A stretch of 64,000 nt of DNA, from positions 42,951-106,950 of the forward strand of contig CANPXV010000005.1 of NCBI GenBank assembly GCA_947586855.1, read 5' to 3'. The stretch is from an uncultured Clostridia bacterium (lineage in GTDB: Bacteria > Bacillota > Clostridia > Christensenellales > CAG-314). The notes beneath the pieces are model-generated. The model was not told where the DNA came from and did no database searches. It worked only from the letters and a program-made list of their open reading frames with translations. Position 1 is the first letter of the stretch, and each line of letters opens with the position of its first letter. The translations under genes were made by a program, and so were the position numbers. Shown here piece by piece: positions 43,424 to 51,324 of this stretch.

Positions 43424-44587
43424 ATGAAAAACAATTTCATCGCAGTTTTGGATTTCGGCTCCGGCAAGATAACCTGCATGGCCGCCACAAGAATTTCCGA
43501 CAGCGGAGATTTCGTCATCAAGGCCGTGGGACAAGCCTCCTACAACGGCTTTGACGAAAACGAGTGGTACGAGCCTGCTTTGCTGGATGGCGCCGTCTCG
43601 CAGGCCATTGCCCAAGTGGAAAGCAAGATGAAGTGCAGCATAAAGGAAATTTATGTGGGTGTGCCGGGTGCGTTTTGCGCCATGGTGACCAGCGAGGCCT
43701 CGTCTACATTCCACTCCAAAAAGAAGATGGACGCCGAGGACGTGGCGGAAATAGTGCGCAAGGCGGATATCTACAAGGCCTCCGACGACTACATCCCCCT
43801 CACAGGCAAACCCGTTTTCTATCTTGTTGACGGTATCATCCGCACCGACAACGCCGTTGGGGCGATAGGCAACAAACTGACGGGGTTGGTGTCCTTCTCG
43901 TACATGAAGAAATATTTCCGCAACACCGTTGCGCCCACTTTGCTGGAAAAAGGCATCAACAAGGTGCACTATATCAACGGTTGCGAGGCGCAGGCGGACT
44001 ACATCTCCAACACCATGCTGCGGGGCGGATATTCCATCATCATAGATATCGGCCACATCACCACCAATGTGGTGCTGTGCGGCGGCAATGGTTTGCTGTT
44101 TCAGCGCACGTTTGCGTTGGGTTCGGGATACTTTGCGGGCGATCTGTGCCAGGTGCTGGGGTGCGATTTTGCTTTTGCAACCTCCATTTTGGACAAGGTC
44201 AACCTCAATCTCGAAGTCAAATCGGGCGATGCCTACACAATCAACGGCCGCATGGTGGACGCAGTGCAGACCAACGAAGTTGTCAAGGCTCGTATCGGGC
44301 AGATAGCGGAGTACATCATGCGCAGCTTTTCTATGTGCGACAAGGAGATACCTTCGGACACGCCGATTATTCTCACGGGCGGCGGTCTGGCCTATTTGCG
44401 GGGCGGCGTGGATGTGCTTGCCCAGTCGTTGCAAAAACCCGTGAGACTGTATCACAGCGTCAATCCTCAAACCAATCGAAACGAGTACACGTCCAGCTAC
44501 GGTTTGATTTACGAAGCCATACACGACAACAAGCCGAAGGGCGGCTTTATGGCGGCATTAAGAAATATTCGCAAAGGAGACAAATAA
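43424..44587 (+). CDS. ftsA: cell-division protein FtsA (actin-like ATPase)
   Basis: N-terminus ..IAVLDFGSGKIT.., ASKHA-fold motifs, and position directly upstream of ftsZ with a TAATG overlap. Confidence 0.85.
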   Translation: MKNNFIAVLDFGSGKITCMAATRISDSGDFVIKAVGQASYNGFDENEWYEPALLDGAVSQAIAQVESKMKCSIKEIYVGVPGAFCAMVTSEASSTFHSKKKMDAEDVAEIVRKADIYKASDDYIPLTGKPVFYLVDGIIRTDNAVGAIGNKLTGLVSFSYMKKYFRNTVAPTLLEKGINKVHYINGCEAQADYISNTMLRGGYSIIIDIGHITTNVVLCGGNGLLFQRTFALGSGYFAGDLCQVLGCDFAFATSILDKVNLNLEVKSGDAYTINGRMVDAVQTNEVVKARIGQIAEYIMRSFSMCDKEIPSDTPIILTGGGLAYLRGGVDVLAQSLQKPVRLYHSVNPQTNRNEYTSSYGLIYEAIHDNKPKGGFMAALRNIRKGDK

Positions 44588-45789
44588 TGGAAAACAACAC
44601 AAACGGTGGGATCGCAAAAATTTTGATCGTAGGCGTAGGCGGCGGCGGTGGAAATGCCGTCAACAGCATGATGAAGGCGGGCATACGCAATGTGGAGTAT
44701 CTTGCCCTCAACACCGACCAACAGGCGCTGTCCAAACTGTCCGCCAAAAAGATGCCCATAGGCGAAAAACTTACCAAGGGGCTGGGCGCAGGTGCCAATC
44801 CCGAGGTGGGCAAGGCTGCCGCATTGGAGAGCAAAGAGGCCATCCAGAACGCACTGCAAGGCGTGGATCTGTTGTTTATCGCTGCCGGTATGGGCGGCGG
44901 CACTGGCACAGGCGCAGCCCCCGTTGTGGCGCAAATTGCCAAGGAGTTGGAAATTTTGACTATCGCCGTGGTGACAAAGCCCTTCAACTTTGAGGGCGTT
45001 CGCCGCATGAAGAACGCCGAGCTGGGCATAGAAAACCTCAAAGGCAATGTCGACTCGCTTGTGATAGTGCAAAACGAAAAGCTCAACCGAGACAAAAACT
45101 TTTCCATCATGGACGCTTTTGCCAAGGCGGACGAGATTTTGCTGCAAGGCATAAGGGGTATCACCGATATCGTTGTGCAGGATGGCAGGATCAACCTCGA
45201 CCTTGCCGATATCAAGTGCGTAATGCGCAACAGCGGCATGGCTCACATGGGCGTTGGCGAAGGCAAGGGCAAAAACAAGACTATCGACGCCATACGCAAG
45301 GCGGTGTATTCTCCCCTGTTGGAGACGACCATTCAGGGTGCGTCCAGCCTTATTGTAAACTTCCGCGGAGGCGAGGACCTTTCGTTGGACGAGGTCACAA
45401 CCGGCGTGGATCTGGTGCGCCAGGTCATTTCTCCTGATGCAAACGTGCTGTTTGGCGTGGGATTTGACGAGGAAATGAAGGACGAAGTGCAGGTGACACT
45501 CATCGCCACGGGATTTTCCGGCAAGGGCGACGGCCGTGCGGCATTTTTCAGCAGCGAGGCGGCAACACATGTTGCGGCAACCAACATCCAGCGCACCAAT
45601 GCCGTAAATCAACCGGTAAACGGCAATCCGCTCTCTAACCCCGAGCCCGTCAGGGACAGCGCCCCGCAGAGTGCGACTTTTTCGCAGCCGCTGCAACAGA
45701 GAGAGCCTGTTTCTCCCTCTATTTCGGGCAACGTCTCCGTAGAAGAGGATCCGTCCGTTCCGCCTTTCCTGCGCAGAATGAAGAACTGA
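44587..45789 (+). CDS. ftsZ: cell-division GTPase FtsZ
   Basis: Start ATG at 44587. ..IVGVGGGGGNAVN.., tubulin signature GMGGGTGTGAAPVVA, and the C-terminal peptide ..VPPFLRRMKN. Confidence 0.97.
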   Translation: MENNTNGGIAKILIVGVGGGGGNAVNSMMKAGIRNVEYLALNTDQQALSKLSAKKMPIGEKLTKGLGAGANPEVGKAAALESKEAIQNALQGVDLLFIAAGMGGGTGTGAAPVVAQIAKELEILTIAVVTKPFNFEGVRRMKNAELGIENLKGNVDSLVIVQNEKLNRDKNFSIMDAFAKADEILLQGIRGITDIVVQDGRINLDLADIKCVMRNSGMAHMGVGEGKGKNKTIDAIRKAVYSPLLETTIQGASSLIVNFRGGEDLSLDEVTTGVDLVRQVISPDANVLFGVGFDEEMKDEVQVTLIATGFSGKGDGRAAFFSSEAATHVAATNIQRTNAVNQPVNGNPLSNPEPVRDSAPQSATFSQPLQQREPVSPSISGNVSVEEDPSVPPFLRRMKN

Positions 45790-45838
45790 TACAGTTGGCA
45801 ATCGGGCCTTTGACGGCCTAAAATCAATACTAAAATTT

Positions 45839-45874
45839 ATCTCCGAGCAGCCAAGTCGCCGCTCGGAGATTTTT
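45839..45874 (+). terminator. rho-independent terminator after ftsZ
   Basis: ATCTCCGAGC, 12-nt loop, GCTCGGAGAT, then TTTT. Confidence 0.8.
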
Positions 45875-45974
45875 GTAATTGGTATCATCGGCGCAGTGAA
45901 AGGGCAAAACAGGCGCAAATTGTGCGCAAATATTGTCAAGTTTTGCGGTATCGGCCGTTAAAGGCTGATTGTAT

Positions 45975-46003
45975 TTGACAAAATGCCGATATGGCTCTAA
46001 AAT
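45975..46003 (+). promoter_or_regulatory. promoter giving a leaderless transcript of the flippase-like gene
   Basis: TTGACA (45975-45980), 17 nt, TAAAAT (45998-46003), 7 nt, then ATG at 46011. No SD. Confidence 0.6.
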
Positions 46004-46010
46004 TAAATGT

Positions 46011-47183
46011 ATGAACACACCCAACGAAAACGCACCCGAGCAAAAAATCGACGAGGCTGTCGAGGCGACTGCACCGCAGCCCGTGCCGCCGACATCGCAA
46101 AAAAAGCGGTGGAAAATTGTTGCCACCGTGATCATTGTTGCGGTAATTCTGGCTGTTATCGTCTACACCGCCGTCAAGGATTTTTCGGGCGAGGACGTCG
46201 ATATTGGCAGAGTTTTTGAGCTTATCGGCAGCAGATGGTACTATCTGTTGGCGCTTTTGGGGCTGTTTTTGTGCACAATCTTGATGGAAACGCTCAAATT
46301 GTTTTTTATGATACGTAAAACCACACGCCGCTATATGCCCTGGACAGCGTTCAAATGTGCGGTGTTGGGCAAATTTTACGATTACGTCACGCCGTTGGGC
46401 GCAGGCGGACAACCCTTTCAGATATACTATCTTGCCAAGGACGGCGTGCCGGGCGGTCCTGCGGGGGCCATACCCATCGGCTCGATGTTTTTGACGCAGT
46501 TTACCTTTGTGTTGTGTGCCATCGTGGCCTTTTGCGTGGGTGTCCCCGGGGATATTGTGCCCCTGTCCATAAGGATAGTCGCCTATTTCGGCGCAGTGTT
46601 TTATGTGGCGGTACCGCTGTTTTTGGTGGTGTTTTCTTTCTTTCCGAAAGCGGGGCACAAGGTTATCCAATGGGGCGTAGGTGTGCTTTCCAAACTCAAA
46701 ATATGCAAGCACCCCGATAAATGGATAGCTAAGGGCAATGCGGCAATAGACAACAACAAAAAGAATATGAACATCATATTCCACTCTAAGCGCATTTTGA
46801 TCGTCGGGACGTTGTTTGCGTTGCTGTACAATATTGCACTGTGCTCGATGCCCTATTTTGCGTTGTTGCTTTTTCCCGACGCATTGGCGGCAAACGGAAA
46901 TTGGGTCCCCTCGTGGGAAATGTGGTTTGAGGTGTTCCGTATCACGCTGTTTGTCTACTGCGCCATCACATTTGTGCCCACGCCGGGCAACTCCGGCGCT
47001 GCCGACGGCACATTTTACGGCTTGTTCCGCAAGGTGCTTGTCACTGTGGCGGGGGCCAGCTTCACCTGTATGATGGTGTGGCGGATATTCAGTTTTTACC
47101 TTTATCTTTTGTTGGGCCTTGTTGTGATTTTGGCTATGAAAATAGCGGCACGCTGCCGCCGAAAAAACAATTTATTAAATTGA
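46011..47183 (+). CDS. UPF0104/LPG-synthase-TM (flippase-like) family membrane protein
   Basis: Polytopic membrane protein. ..KFYDYVTPLGAGGQPFQIYYL.. and ..FVPTPGNSGAADG.. match the flippase-like (MprF N-terminal type) domain pattern. Confidence 0.7.
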   Translation: MNTPNENAPEQKIDEAVEATAPQPVPPTSQKKRWKIVATVIIVAVILAVIVYTAVKDFSGEDVDIGRVFELIGSRWYYLLALLGLFLCTILMETLKLFFMIRKTTRRYMPWTAFKCAVLGKFYDYVTPLGAGGQPFQIYYLAKDGVPGGPAGAIPIGSMFLTQFTFVLCAIVAFCVGVPGDIVPLSIRIVAYFGAVFYVAVPLFLVVFSFFPKAGHKVIQWGVGVLSKLKICKHPDKWIAKGNAAIDNNKKNMNIIFHSKRILIVGTLFALLYNIALCSMPYFALLLFPDALAANGNWVPSWEMWFEVFRITLFVYCAITFVPTPGNSGAADGTFYGLFRKVLVTVAGASFTCMMVWRIFSFYLYLLLGLVVILAMKIAARCRRKNNLLN

Positions 47184-47210
47184 GCAAGCAGTTATCAGTT
47201 CTGCTTGCTC
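47182..47210. terminator. perfect 10-bp hairpin shared by the two convergent gene ends
   Basis: GAGCAAGCAG-ttatcagtt-CTGCTTGCTC. The arms overlap the TGA of the plus-strand gene and the last codons of the GT4 gene. T-runs are weak. Confidence 0.5.
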
Positions 47211-48445
47211 TTTGCTTCTTCTATCAATTCGAGATATCTGTTGTACACTTTGTCTATCACGTCATCCCAAGTGATGTACAGATCCCTGTATGCGTTTTTG
47301 CCAATTTCTTCCACCTTGGCCTTGTTTTGCAAAGCGTTGTAGACGCCTTCTGCATATTGATTTACTTCCGCAGGGAAAATGTAGCCGTTTACACCGTCGG
47401 TCACGGTGCAGGACGTGACGCTGCCCTCCACAAAAGCGGTGGGAGTGTAGCGGGAAGCGGCCTCTACCTGCACCAAAGAAGACACGTCGTACAGGCTGGG
47501 GAACAAAAACATATCCGCCGCCGAAAAGATTGACGTCAGCACTTCCTTGTCCACCTGCCCCACAAGCCGCACGTCGTCGGTCAGACCGTGCTGCGCAATA
47601 CGCTCTTCCAGCTTGTTTCGGTCCGGTCCGCTTCCTGCAAATATCATCTTGAATTTGAGGCCCTTTTGTTTGAGCAAGAAAAGCACATCCGCTGTGAAAA
47701 GTATGTTCTTTTGCGTGACAAGGCGTCCCACAAACACAAACAGGACGGTATCGTTGTCCACGCTCCATCTTTTGCGGGCGGCCCTGCGCTCGGCGGGATA
47801 GTCGGCAGAGGGCGCAATATCCGTGCCGTTGGGTACCAACCTGATGTTGCCTTTGTATCCGTAGCTTATCAGGGTGTCTCGGCTGGCTTGGTGCATTGTC
47901 CACACCTCGCTGCTGCTGTTGAAACAGCGCATGATAAATTTCATCAACAGCGGCACAAAAATTTTGGCTTGCTTTTCAAAATCCTGCTTGTATTGGCTGT
48001 GGAAGGTGTTCACCAGCGGCACACAGCGTTTGCGGTGAAGATCCATCGCCAAGCGGCTGATAGTAAAGGGCGAGTGGCAGTGCACAATGTCGATGCGCAG
48101 TCTGCGCAGATACCGCCTGAAACGTACATGCAGCATTGGCAGCGGCACCTGATAGTTGAGCCGCTTGGAAAACCCGCTGTTTACGCCGATTATCGGATAG
48201 CCGTTCATACGCACCTTGCCCTTGAAGTCGGGCACAAGCAAAATCACGTTCATTTTTTGCGACAGCTTTCGGGCGTAGTTATCCAGCACATTGACAACGC
48301 CGTCCACCACGGGAAAATAGGCGTCGCAGGTAAGCAACACCGTCTTTTTGCCGTTATTGTTATATTCATCTATAATATCAAATAACAGCCTTTTGTATTC
48401 TTTTGAGTGGATGTCGAGTTCGATACCGTTCAATTTGGTGCTCAT
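47195..48445 (-). CDS. GT4-family glycosyltransferase (diacylglycerol glycosyltransferase-like)
   Basis: Start ATG at 48445. GT-B fold with the C-terminal E-x7-E-type region (..FLFPSLYDVSSLVQVEAAS..). Resembles glycolipid synthases. Confidence 0.85.
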   Translation of the reverse strand: MSTKLNGIELDIHSKEYKRLLFDIIDEYNNNGKKTVLLTCDAYFPVVDGVVNVLDNYARKLSQKMNVILLVPDFKGKVRMNGYPIIGVNSGFSKRLNYQVPLPMLHVRFRRYLRRLRIDIVHCHSPFTISRLAMDLHRKRCVPLVNTFHSQYKQDFEKQAKIFVPLLMKFIMRCFNSSSEVWTMHQASRDTLISYGYKGNIRLVPNGTDIAPSADYPAERRAARKRWSVDNDTVLFVFVGRLVTQKNILFTADVLFLLKQKGLKFKMIFAGSGPDRNKLEERIAQHGLTDDVRLVGQVDKEVLTSIFSAADMFLFPSLYDVSSLVQVEAASRYTPTAFVEGSVTSCTVTDGVNGYIFPAEVNQYAEGVYNALQNKAKVEEIGKNAYRDLYITWDDVIDKVYNRYLELIEEAKSKQN

Positions 48446-48451
48446 ATCTGA

Positions 48452-48480
48452 ATTATATCGTATTTGCGCCGATATTGCAA
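48452..48480 (-). promoter_or_regulatory. consensus promoter giving a leaderless GT4 transcript
   Basis: On the minus strand: TTGCAA (48480-48475), 17 nt, TATAAT (48457-48452), 6 nt (tcagat), then ATG at 48445. No SD. Confidence 0.65.
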
Positions 48481-48611
48481 GAATCTGCAATCAAATTTGA
48501 ATTTTGTTTCAAAAAATGCAAATAAAATGCAATTTTTTTTGCGCACAAAGTTTTTGTGTAAACGTATATTTGCGGAGCGGTGGGGCAAACTTTGAAGCAG
48601 GAGGTAGAAAA

Positions 48612-48833
48612 ATGAAATCTACAAAGAACACAGGCACCAAGTCCGCAAAAAACACCAAAACAAGCAATTGCAGCAACAGCAAGAGCAAAAGCTCCGATTG
48701 CTGCGGCGGAAGCAAACGTAACAGCAAGTCCTCCTCGCAAGAGGAAGAGGGCGACCCACAAGGTAGCTACACGGGCAACCCCATCGGTTGGGGAAAATAT
48801 GCAGATCCCGTACAGGATGCGGACGATCTGTAA
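48612..48833 (+). CDS. 73-aa Lys/Ser/Thr-rich small protein with acidic C-terminus
   Basis: ATG at 48612, 7 nt after GGAGG, with a terminator right after the stop. MKSTKNTGTKSAKNTKTSNCSNSKSKSSDCCGGSKRNSKSSSQEEEGDPQGSYTGNPIGWGKYADPVQDADDL. No family recognised. Confidence 0.55.
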   Translation: MKSTKNTGTKSAKNTKTSNCSNSKSKSSDCCGGSKRNSKSSSQEEEGDPQGSYTGNPIGWGKYADPVQDADDL

Positions 48834-48838
48834 GAAAA

Positions 48839-48860
48839 CTGCCGCCTTCACGGGCGGCAG
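48839..48860. terminator. bidirectional terminator shared by two convergent small genes
   Basis: CTGCCGCC, 6-nt loop, GGCGGCAG. The minus strand continues TTTTCTT and the plus strand CTTCTATTT. Confidence 0.65.
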
Positions 48861-48863
48861 CTT

Positions 48864-49088
48864 CTATTTGCAGTGCGGGCGGCGTAGTTCCAACGATATT
48901 TTGGAAGAATCGTCGTCGCAGTGCAGCGTCAGTTTGCCCCGATGGTTGCAGCAGGAGTAGTCGAGACTTTGACCCTGTTTGCAACACATCGGCCGTTGCG
49001 GAGGGCATTTTTCTCGCCGTCTCGCTCGGCAAACAGTATCAAGATATGTTTGTTCGTTCAAAAATCTTCCGTTGTTGCAGCATTTCAT
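48864..49088 (-). CDS. candidate leaderless 74-aa Cys-rich protein (10 Cys, three CC pairs)
   Basis: ATG at 49088 lies 5 nt after the -10 box of a TTGACA-18-TACAAT promoter. Stop TAG at 48864-48866 abuts the shared terminator. MKCCNNGRFLNEQTYLDTVCRARRREKCPPQRPMCCKQGQSLDYSCCNHRGKLTLHCDDDSSKISLELRRPHCK. In the track it is buried inside the 173-aa ORF 48864..49385. Confidence 0.4.
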   Translation of the reverse strand: MKCCNNGRFLNEQTYLDTVCRARRREKCPPQRPMCCKQGQSLDYSCCNHRGKLTLHCDDDSSKISLELRRPHCK

Positions 49089-49093
49089 ACTAA

Positions 49094-49123
49094 ATTGTAT
49101 GAGCTTTTCATAAAATTTGTCAA
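49094..49123 (-). promoter_or_regulatory. consensus sigma-A promoter upstream of the Cys-rich small ORF
   Basis: On the minus strand: TTGACA (49123-49118), 18 nt, TACAAT (49099-49094), 5 nt, then ATG at 49088. Confidence 0.6.
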
Positions 49124-49182
49124 AATGCTTGAAAGATTGACGAAAGTGTATTATACTATTGTCAATATAGGAGGAAACAACA

Positions 49183-49416
49183 ATGATTTTCGAAAAAGTA
49201 CAAAAACTTCTTGCAGATTCTCTCAATATCGACGACGTGAGCAAAATCACTATGGATTCCAACATCGTACAAGATCTTGGCGCCGACAGTCTCGATATGG
49301 TAGAAATGCTCATGTCTTTGGAGGACAATTTCGGAATCACCGTTCCCGACGAGGCAGCCAATGAGCTGGTTACGGTGAGGGCCATTGTGGAATATATCGA
49401 AAAAAATAAAAAATAA
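49183..49416 (+). CDS. acpP: acyl carrier protein
   Basis: 77 aa with the phosphopantetheine site LGADSLDMVE. SD AGGAGG. Own promoter (TTGAAA-17-TATACT) and own terminator. Confidence 0.9.
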   Translation: MIFEKVQKLLADSLNIDDVSKITMDSNIVQDLGADSLDMVEMLMSLEDNFGITVPDEAANELVTVRAIVEYIEKNKK

Positions 49417-49432
49417 TTTGTGCAAATTTATC

Positions 49433-49462
49433 TCCGAACGTGCCTGTGCACGTTCGGATTTT
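49433..49462 (+). terminator. rho-independent terminator after acpP
   Basis: TCCGAACGTGC-ctgt-GCACGTTCGGA followed by TTTT. Confidence 0.8.
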
Positions 49463-49479
49463 GCGTTTTGAGGCTAAAT

Positions 49480-50157
49480 ATGCAATATCTGCAACTGTTG
49501 GAGTTGTTTCGTCAAAACGGCGACGAAAGCAAAATACCGTCCAAAAGAAAAATCATCAACACCGAGCTCAAAATGTTTGGTTGTAACATTCCATTTGTGC
49601 GCAACGCCTCTCAACTTGTCACCCTCGACGAGGCGGAGAGATATCCCGTGCACGATTATTTTGAGGTGGACCTGCTGCGCTCGGTGAAAGTGGCGGATAT
49701 TCGTCTGCCCTTCGAGGAAAAGACGCCGCACCTGCTTTCGCTTGCGCACACGTTGGAAAATTGGGCGGTATGCGATGTCCCCGTGCGTCTCGGCAAGGAC
49801 AAGGAACGTTATTTTGCATTTTTCTGCGACATGCTTTCTTCGGATCAGCCCTTTGTTTGTCGTTACGGCGTTGTAAACTTGCTCGGCAAATTTTTGGACG
49901 AGCAGCACATCGGAGATGTTTTTGCACGGCTGGGCGATATAACCCAATGGGGACACTACTATGTGGATATGGGCGCAGCCTGGTTGGTAGCCACGGCTAT
50001 GGCCCATTGTCGCAACCAAACTGTGGCCTTTATGGAGGGCGACGGCAGAAAAATCTTGCCCGGATCGGCCTACAACAAGGCACTGCAAAAGATGCGGGAC
50101 AGCTTTCGCATCCAACCTGACGACAAGCAGTGGACCCACACAATAAAAATGGTGTAG
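49480..50157 (+). CDS. DNA alkylation repair (AlkD-like HEAT-repeat) family protein
   Basis: Start ATG at 49480 after GAGG. Helical-repeat protein (..ENWAVCDV..FVCRYGVVNLL..GAAWLVATAM..) resembling the DNA alkylation repair enzyme family. Confidence 0.65.
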   Translation: MQYLQLLELFRQNGDESKIPSKRKIINTELKMFGCNIPFVRNASQLVTLDEAERYPVHDYFEVDLLRSVKVADIRLPFEEKTPHLLSLAHTLENWAVCDVPVRLGKDKERYFAFFCDMLSSDQPFVCRYGVVNLLGKFLDEQHIGDVFARLGDITQWGHYYVDMGAAWLVATAMAHCRNQTVAFMEGDGRKILPGSAYNKALQKMRDSFRIQPDDKQWTHTIKMV

Positions 50158-50265
50158 TCGCCCCTTTCCCGTCCGTTGCGACGGGCATTTTTTTGCCCCA
50201 TGTAGTCATTGCTCAATAATTGTCGTTTTCAAATAATACCCAACCAAGTTGCATAAACTACAACT

Positions 50266-51018
50266 ATGTACGAGGCAACCGTAAGTATAGAAAAGCAAAA
50301 CGCCCACCTGCTCAGCTACGTCAAAGCGCAGATGGACCCGATAGTTTCCGACGTCAACGGCATTGCGGCAGAGGCCGAGCAGCGCACCCGAAACTACTTG
50401 TCCATTGCCTGCTCCGATACCTATCGTTTTCAGGTCAAGCGCAAGCTGTGCGATGTGGCGGCGCTGGCCATAACTTTGGGATACAAAAATATATTTTTGC
50501 GCAAGCTGCTAAATATCGGCAAGGGCAACTTTTTTCAGAATGTGATGGTGGATACCGTTTGTATTTTCGATAACGACTGCGAACGTCAGGCTGTGGCCAA
50601 ACTTCTGGATGCGGACAGGCCGCTTTGTCTGGACGGGTACTACAATTTTCGGCTGGCCTCCGTCAAAAAGAAGTGGCAGGAGCTATCCAAGCTGGTTGCC
50701 GACAATTTCTACGTACTGTCCGACAGCGAAACGGTGGTGGAATTTTTGCAATATCTGTTGGAATCCACCCTGTCCAGGGTCAAAACGCTTTCTGCCAGTC
50801 TGGATGGCAACAGCTTTGTGCTGTACGATACGTCGGGGCGGGTGATAGAGCCCATTTGCTCACTTTCGCCCAGACGGGACGCCGAAGAAGAGGTGATGCT
50901 AAATCTGGTGTATTTCAAGCCGCAAAAAATCAAGCTGTATCACAGCGTCAGTCCCAGCGACGCATTTTGCGAGATGGCAGACGCTCTGTTTGCCACGGAA
51001 TATATACCCATCAGCTGA
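50266..51018 (+). CDS. ytxC: YtxC-like sporulation protein
   Basis: 250 aa, directly upstream of the thrS leader as in B. subtilis (ytxC-thrS). ..LDGYYNFRLASVKKKWQEL.. matches the YtxC family pattern. Confidence 0.7.
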   Translation: MYEATVSIEKQNAHLLSYVKAQMDPIVSDVNGIAAEAEQRTRNYLSIACSDTYRFQVKRKLCDVAALAITLGYKNIFLRKLLNIGKGNFFQNVMVDTVCIFDNDCERQAVAKLLDADRPLCLDGYYNFRLASVKKKWQELSKLVADNFYVLSDSETVVEFLQYLLESTLSRVKTLSASLDGNSFVLYDTSGRVIEPICSLSPRRDAEEEVMLNLVYFKPQKIKLYHSVSPSDAFCEMADALFATEYIPIS

Positions 51019-51057
51019 GCGCACACAACAAAATCCACTGAAAATCGTGCAAAACAG

Positions 51058-51086
51058 TTGACATATTTGTGCTGCGGGACTACAAT
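51058..51086 (+). promoter_or_regulatory. sigma-A promoter of the thrS leader
   Basis: TTGACA (51058-51063), 17 nt, TACAAT (51081-51086). Confidence 0.7.
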
Positions 51087-51094
51087 TTGACTGT

Positions 51095-51312
51095 AAATAC
51101 ACTGTATGTTGAGACACGTTTTGCTTGGGTAGTTTTTCAGAGAGCGGCGGACGGTGCGATCGTCGCAAACGAGCTTGCAAGATACCACTCGATTTGGTGC
51201 GTCCCTCCACGAAACGGAGCAAAAGAGTGTGCGATAATTCGCAAAATAAGGTGGAACCGCGGAAATTTTTTTCGTCCTTATGAGTCGTTGACTTGTAGGG
51301 ATTTTTATTTTT
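51095..51312 (+). promoter_or_regulatory. T-box riboswitch, Thr specifier (ACC)
   Basis: Stem I elements (CAGAGAG, GGTGCGA). ACC specifier followed by A at 51184-51187. T-box sequence AAGGTGGAACCGCG at ~51249-51262. Terminator CCTTATGAGTC-gtt-GACTTGTAGGG plus a T-run at 51276-51312. Confidence 0.85.
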
Positions 51313-51324
51313 AAGGAGGCAAAT

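Noticed and set aside
46007-46219. An alternative 70-aa ORF starting at ATG 46007, overlapping the flippase-like gene start.
   Set aside because: ATG 46007 lies only 3 nt after the -10 box, which is too close for a TSS. The ORF is out of frame with the membrane protein, and its product is Arg/Cys/Gly-rich with no features.
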